Origin: a virus
Lineage: Duplodnaviria > Caudoviricetes
Strand: one strand, 5' to 3'
IMG/VR virus record: IMGVR_UViG_3300034349_000004
Coordinates: 1-41,103 of that record
Length of the DNA: 41,103 bases
Positions 37,786-41,103 of the stretch are shown here, piece after piece (the stretch's first letter is position 1; each line of letters opens with the position of its first letter). Below the pieces are notes generated by a model, which saw only the letters and a list, made by a program, of their open reading frames with translations, had not been told where the DNA came from and ran no database searches. The position numbers were made by a program, and so were the translations under genes.

Positions 37786-38066
37786 CCCCTGAGGGGCTTA
37801 TGTTCCGGTCGCTAAGCATGGACGTGGTGGAGCCTACAGGTATCACCATGCAGAAAACCCTGAGTCTGAAAGTTTCGGTTAGTAAGACTCTTGTGGCGAC
37901 TGTGGAACCTGAAGGGGCCAGCGTCTCCCTTACATGGACTTCCAGTAAACCAGAAGTAGTAACTGTTGATGATGCAGGTAATGTCTTTGGGGTTATTACA
38001 GGCACAACCAACATTAAGGCCTCCTATGGGGACCTCTCAGCTTCTACTTATGTAACTGTTAGCTGA
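37776..38066 (+). CDS. gp10B: Ig-like (Big_2-type) C-terminal extension of minor capsid protein gp10B via -1 frameshift (or separate gene from ATG 37800)
   Basis: -1 frame open 37749-38066; A-AAG at 37776 followed by CCCC-TGA-GGGG hairpin; VEPEGA..LTWTSSKPEVVTVD..G.V.G...G. Confidence 0.75.
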   Translation, partial: KGVTPEGLMFRSLSMDVVEPTGITMQKTLSLKVSVSKTLVATVEPEGASVSLTWTSSKPEVVTVDDAGNVFGVITGTTNIKASYGDLSASTYVTVS

Positions 38067-38079
38067 TGTAAGAATACCG

Positions 38080-38116
38080 AACCCTCAGTGTCCTCTATGG
38101 ATGCTGGGGGTTTTTT
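38080..38116 (+). terminator. Tphi terminator for phage RNAP
   Basis: AACCCTCAGTGTCC-TCTAT-GGATGCTGGGGGTT-TTTT after gene 10. Confidence 0.9.
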
Positions 38117-38142
38117 ACGTTAAGGAACTCCAAGGAGGACTT

Positions 38143-38727
38143 ATGGCTTTAGATTCAAGTTTAGACTCTGATGATGAGTTGGAGGCAGTTAACGACATCA
38201 TTGGGTGCATTGGTGAGGCCCCTGTGAATACCCTTGAGGGTGAGGGTAACGTGGACGTTGCTAACGTTCGCCGGATCCTTGCTCGTGTGAACCGTGAAGT
38301 CCAGGCTAAGGGTTGGACCTTTAACATTGATGAGTCCGCTGTACTGACTCCTGATGTGTTCTCTAAGTTCATCCCGTGGCTCCCCACTTACTTGTCCATT
38401 ATGACAACTGGTGGATCCCTCTATGTAAACCGTGGTGGTTATGTTTATGACCGGACCAGTAAGACGGACCAGTTTGAGGCAGCCATTACCGTGAGTCTTA
38501 TTGAACTCAAAGCATTCTCTGAGATGCCTGAGGCTTACCGTTCATACATCATTGCCAAGGCAGCCCGTAGGTTCAACATCCAGTTCTTTGGTGCTGCTGA
38601 GATTGAAGGCTCACTTCAGGAGCGAGAGGCTGAAGCCTGGGTGGCGGTCCAAGAGTTTGAGCTGGACTTTGGTAACTACAACATGCTGGATGGAGACGCC
38701 TTTGTTGGTGGTGCCATTGGCCGATAA
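38143..38727 (+). CDS. gp11: Tail tubular protein A gp11
   Basis: AAGGAGG RBS; ELEAVNDII..IGEAPV, QAKGWTFN, NRGGYVYDR. Confidence 0.95.
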   Translation: MALDSSLDSDDELEAVNDIIGCIGEAPVNTLEGEGNVDVANVRRILARVNREVQAKGWTFNIDESAVLTPDVFSKFIPWLPTYLSIMTTGGSLYVNRGGYVYDRTSKTDQFEAAITVSLIELKAFSEMPEAYRSYIIAKAARRFNIQFFGAAEIEGSLQEREAEAWVAVQEFELDFGNYNMLDGDAFVGGAIGR

Positions 38728-38744
38728 TAACTAAAGGAGGTCTA

Positions 38745-41103
38745 ATGGCTCTCGTATCGCAAACAGTAAAGAACCTCAAGGATGGAATGAGTCAACAACC
38801 TGACATCTTGAGGTATCCCGAACAGGGAGCGCTCCAGGTTAATGGCTGGTCCTCAGAGACTGAAGGACTCCAAAAGAGACCTCCAAGTATCTTTGTGAAA
38901 CGCTTAGCTGCCTCAGGGGCCTTTGGGACCTCTCCAGCTATTCACTTGATTAACCGTGATGCTGTTGAACAGTACGACTTGGTGTTCACTGGTAGTTCCA
39001 TTCTGGTCTATGACCTGAAGGGCAATCAGTACACTGTGACGGACCTTGCTGGTGATGGTTACTTCAACACCTCAGCACCAAGAGAGGACTTAAGGATCAT
39101 CACTGTGGCTGACTATACGTTCGTAGTGAACCGCAAAAAGGTGATCACTATGGATCCTGGGTTGACGCAACCGGGCTACCCAAGTCTAAACAGTCGGGCA
39201 ATCATTAACGTCCGTGGTGGTCAGTATGGCCGCACCTTATCCATTGGGATTAATGGTGGACCTTTGGCATCTATAGTGATGCCTGATGGTGGCACTGTAA
39301 CGGATGTCAATAAGACGGATGCTCAATACATTGCAACAACCCTAACGGCCTCCCTGGTTACTGCTTATCCTGGGTGGACCTTTGTTGCTGGCTCAGGTTA
39401 CATACTCATCACTGCGCCTGTGGGGACTCCTATCAACACTGTTGAGACAAAGGATGGTTACGCCAATCAGTTGATCAATGGGCTGATCTATCAAGTCCAG
39501 ACCTTCAGTAAGCTCCCATTGGCGGCTCCTGCTGGATACTTGGTGGAGATCACTGGTGAAGCGGGTACGGGCCGAGACAACTATTGGGTCCGTTATGATG
39601 ACTCCTCTAAGGTATGGCGCGAGACTGTGGCCCCTGGTATTACTGCTGGGTTCAATGCCTCAACAATGCCCCATGCCCTGGTGAGAGCTGCAAGTGGTAA
39701 CTTTGAGTTCAAGCAGTTGACTTGGGAACAGCGAAAGGTGGGAGACGATGACACTAACCCGGTGCCTTCCTTTGTGGATGCTTCGGTTAATGATGTGTTC
39801 TTCTATCGGAACCGCTTAGGGTTCCTCTCAGGTGAGAACGTGATTATGACTCGGGCCAGTAAGTTCTTTAACTTCTTCCCTGGGTCTATTGCAACACTGG
39901 CTGATGATGACCCAATTGATGTGGCTATCAGTCACAACCGAGTGAGCATCCTGAAGTACGCCGTACCATTCGCTGAGCAACTCTTGTTATGGTCTGATCA
40001 GGCTCAGTTCGTTATGTCCTCTTCAGGTTCCCTCACAAGCAAGAGCCTACAGTTGGACCTGACCACTGAGTTTGATGTGACTGATAGTGCCCGTCCCTTT
40101 GGGATTGGACGTGGAGTCTACTTTGTGTCCCCTCGGGCAACCTACAGTTCCATTAAGCGTTACTATGCGGTCCAGGATGTATCAGCCGTTAAGGGCGCCT
40201 CAGATGAGTCCGCTCATGTTCCCCGATTGATCCCTAACGTGGTCTTCAATCTCCACGGGTCAGGTACTGAGAACTTCCTGAGTTGTATTAGTGACTCAGC
40301 CCCTGGTCAGTTATTCATCTACAAGTACCTCTACATCGAGGAACAAGTAGTCCAGCAGTCGTGGGGCTATTGGGACTTTGGGGTTGACGTTAAGATCCTC
40401 TCAGCCAACTCCATTGGGAGCTACATGTGGCTGGTCCTTCAGCGACCTGGAGGGATCACTATGGAACGTGTGGAGTTCACTAAGCAGACCTTGGACTTCC
40501 CTACAGAGCCTTACCGGACCTATATGGATATGAAGGCCACTGTGGTTCCAACTGTGTGGGATGAGGATGACTATTCGACATCTATTAGTCTGACCAGCAT
40601 CTATGGGTTTGCTCCCAATGATGAGTTCTACACAATGGGGACTGATGGTGTCTTTGTGCGCCACACTCCACCAACTGGAGGATGGACTGATGGTGGGATC
40701 CTTAAGATTTATGGGGACCAACGTGGGCAAACCTTCTTTGTTGGGCGGATCTATGAGTTTGAATATGAGTTCTCCAAGTTCCTCATTAAGCAACGTGATG
40801 CTCAAGGGTCCATCTCAACAGAGGACTCAGGGAGACTCCAGTTGCGTAGAGCCTGGGTGAACTATGAACTCTCAGGGGCCTTCAAGGTTAACGTTCAGCG
40901 GGGCAATGAGGAACCTTGGGTCTACACAATGTCCGGTGGTCGCTTGGGTGTGGACTTCACCTTAGGGGAACTCAACGTAGGTACAGGACAATTCAGGTTC
41001 CCTATGTCGGGCAATGCTAAAACCCTCACAGTAGGAATCACATCGGACACTCCCACGCCTATGAACATCATTGGGTGCGGCTGGGAGGGTAACTATCTGC
41101 GCC
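38745..41103 (+). CDS. gp12: Tail tubular protein B gp12, 3'-truncated (not in ORF track)
   Basis: AAGGAGGT RBS; MALVSQTVKNLKDGMSQQPDILR...; FYRNRLGFLSGENV; ends GWEGNYLR at the window edge in the same frame. Confidence 0.93.
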   Translation, partial: MALVSQTVKNLKDGMSQQPDILRYPEQGALQVNGWSSETEGLQKRPPSIFVKRLAASGAFGTSPAIHLINRDAVEQYDLVFTGSSILVYDLKGNQYTVTDLAGDGYFNTSAPREDLRIITVADYTFVVNRKKVITMDPGLTQPGYPSLNSRAIINVRGGQYGRTLSIGINGGPLASIVMPDGGTVTDVNKTDAQYIATTLTASLVTAYPGWTFVAGSGYILITAPVGTPINTVETKDGYANQLINGLIYQVQTFSKLPLAAPAGYLVEITGEAGTGRDNYWVRYDDSSKVWRETVAPGITAGFNASTMPHALVRAASGNFEFKQLTWEQRKVGDDDTNPVPSFVDASVNDVFFYRNRLGFLSGENVIMTRASKFFNFFPGSIATLADDDPIDVAISHNRVSILKYAVPFAEQLLLWSDQAQFVMSSSGSLTSKSLQLDLTTEFDVTDSARPFGIGRGVYFVSPRATYSSIKRYYAVQDVSAVKGASDESAHVPRLIPNVVFNLHGSGTENFLSCISDSAPGQLFIYKYLYIEEQVVQQSWGYWDFGVDVKILSANSIGSYMWLVLQRPGGITMERVEFTKQTLDFPTEPYRTYMDMKATVVPTVWDEDDYSTSISLTSIYGFAPNDEFYTMGTDGVFVRHTPPTGGWTDGGILKIYGDQRGQTFFVGRIYEFEYEFSKFLIKQRDAQGSISTEDSGRLQLRRAWVNYELSGAFKVNVQRGNEEPWVYTMSGGRLGVDFTLGELNVGTGQFRFPMSGNAKTLTVGITSDTPTPMNIIGCGWEGNYLR
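41017..41039 (+). promoter_or_regulatory. Possible intragenic phage promoter (phi13 candidate) in the 3' end of gp12
   Basis: CTAAAACCCTCACAGTA/GGAATC; AACCCTCACAG core intact. Confidence 0.4.

Overview
This window is an almost complete (~41 kb) genome of a T7-like podophage (Autographiviridae, Studiervirinae-type gene order). All genes are on the + strand. The assembly is circularly permuted: it opens inside gp13, ends inside gp12, and carries one collapsed terminal repeat at ~13972-14235, so the true genome start is ~13972. Order in the window: gp13-17, holin, gp18, spanins, gp19, gp19.5 | terminal repeat | accessory early genes, RNAP, ligase, dNMP kinase, gp2, 2.5, 3, 3.5, nucleotidyltransferase, 4, 5, 5.5, 5.7, 6, 6.5, 6.7, 7.3, 8, 9, 10A/10B, 11, 12. 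The dNMP kinase and the NTase between gp3.5 and gp4 suggest a gh-1-like Pseudomonas phage (inference). Most notable observations: (i) a phage promoter family with a T3-type binding region but a non-TATA, apparently A-initiating start (WWWTAACCCTCACAGAT/AGAACAC); (ii) two of these promoters upstream of the RNAP gene, one followed by an origin-like CTTAAAG array; (iii) a leftward sigma70 promoter inside the terminal repeat driving a perfect SD plus an AUG-UAG-UAA start-stop minigene; (iv) several micro-ORFs below the ORF-track cut-off, including a very acidic Cys/His peptide at the gp5.9 position; (v) a possible +1 frameshift in the first early gene. Homologies were recognised by eye; no searches were run.
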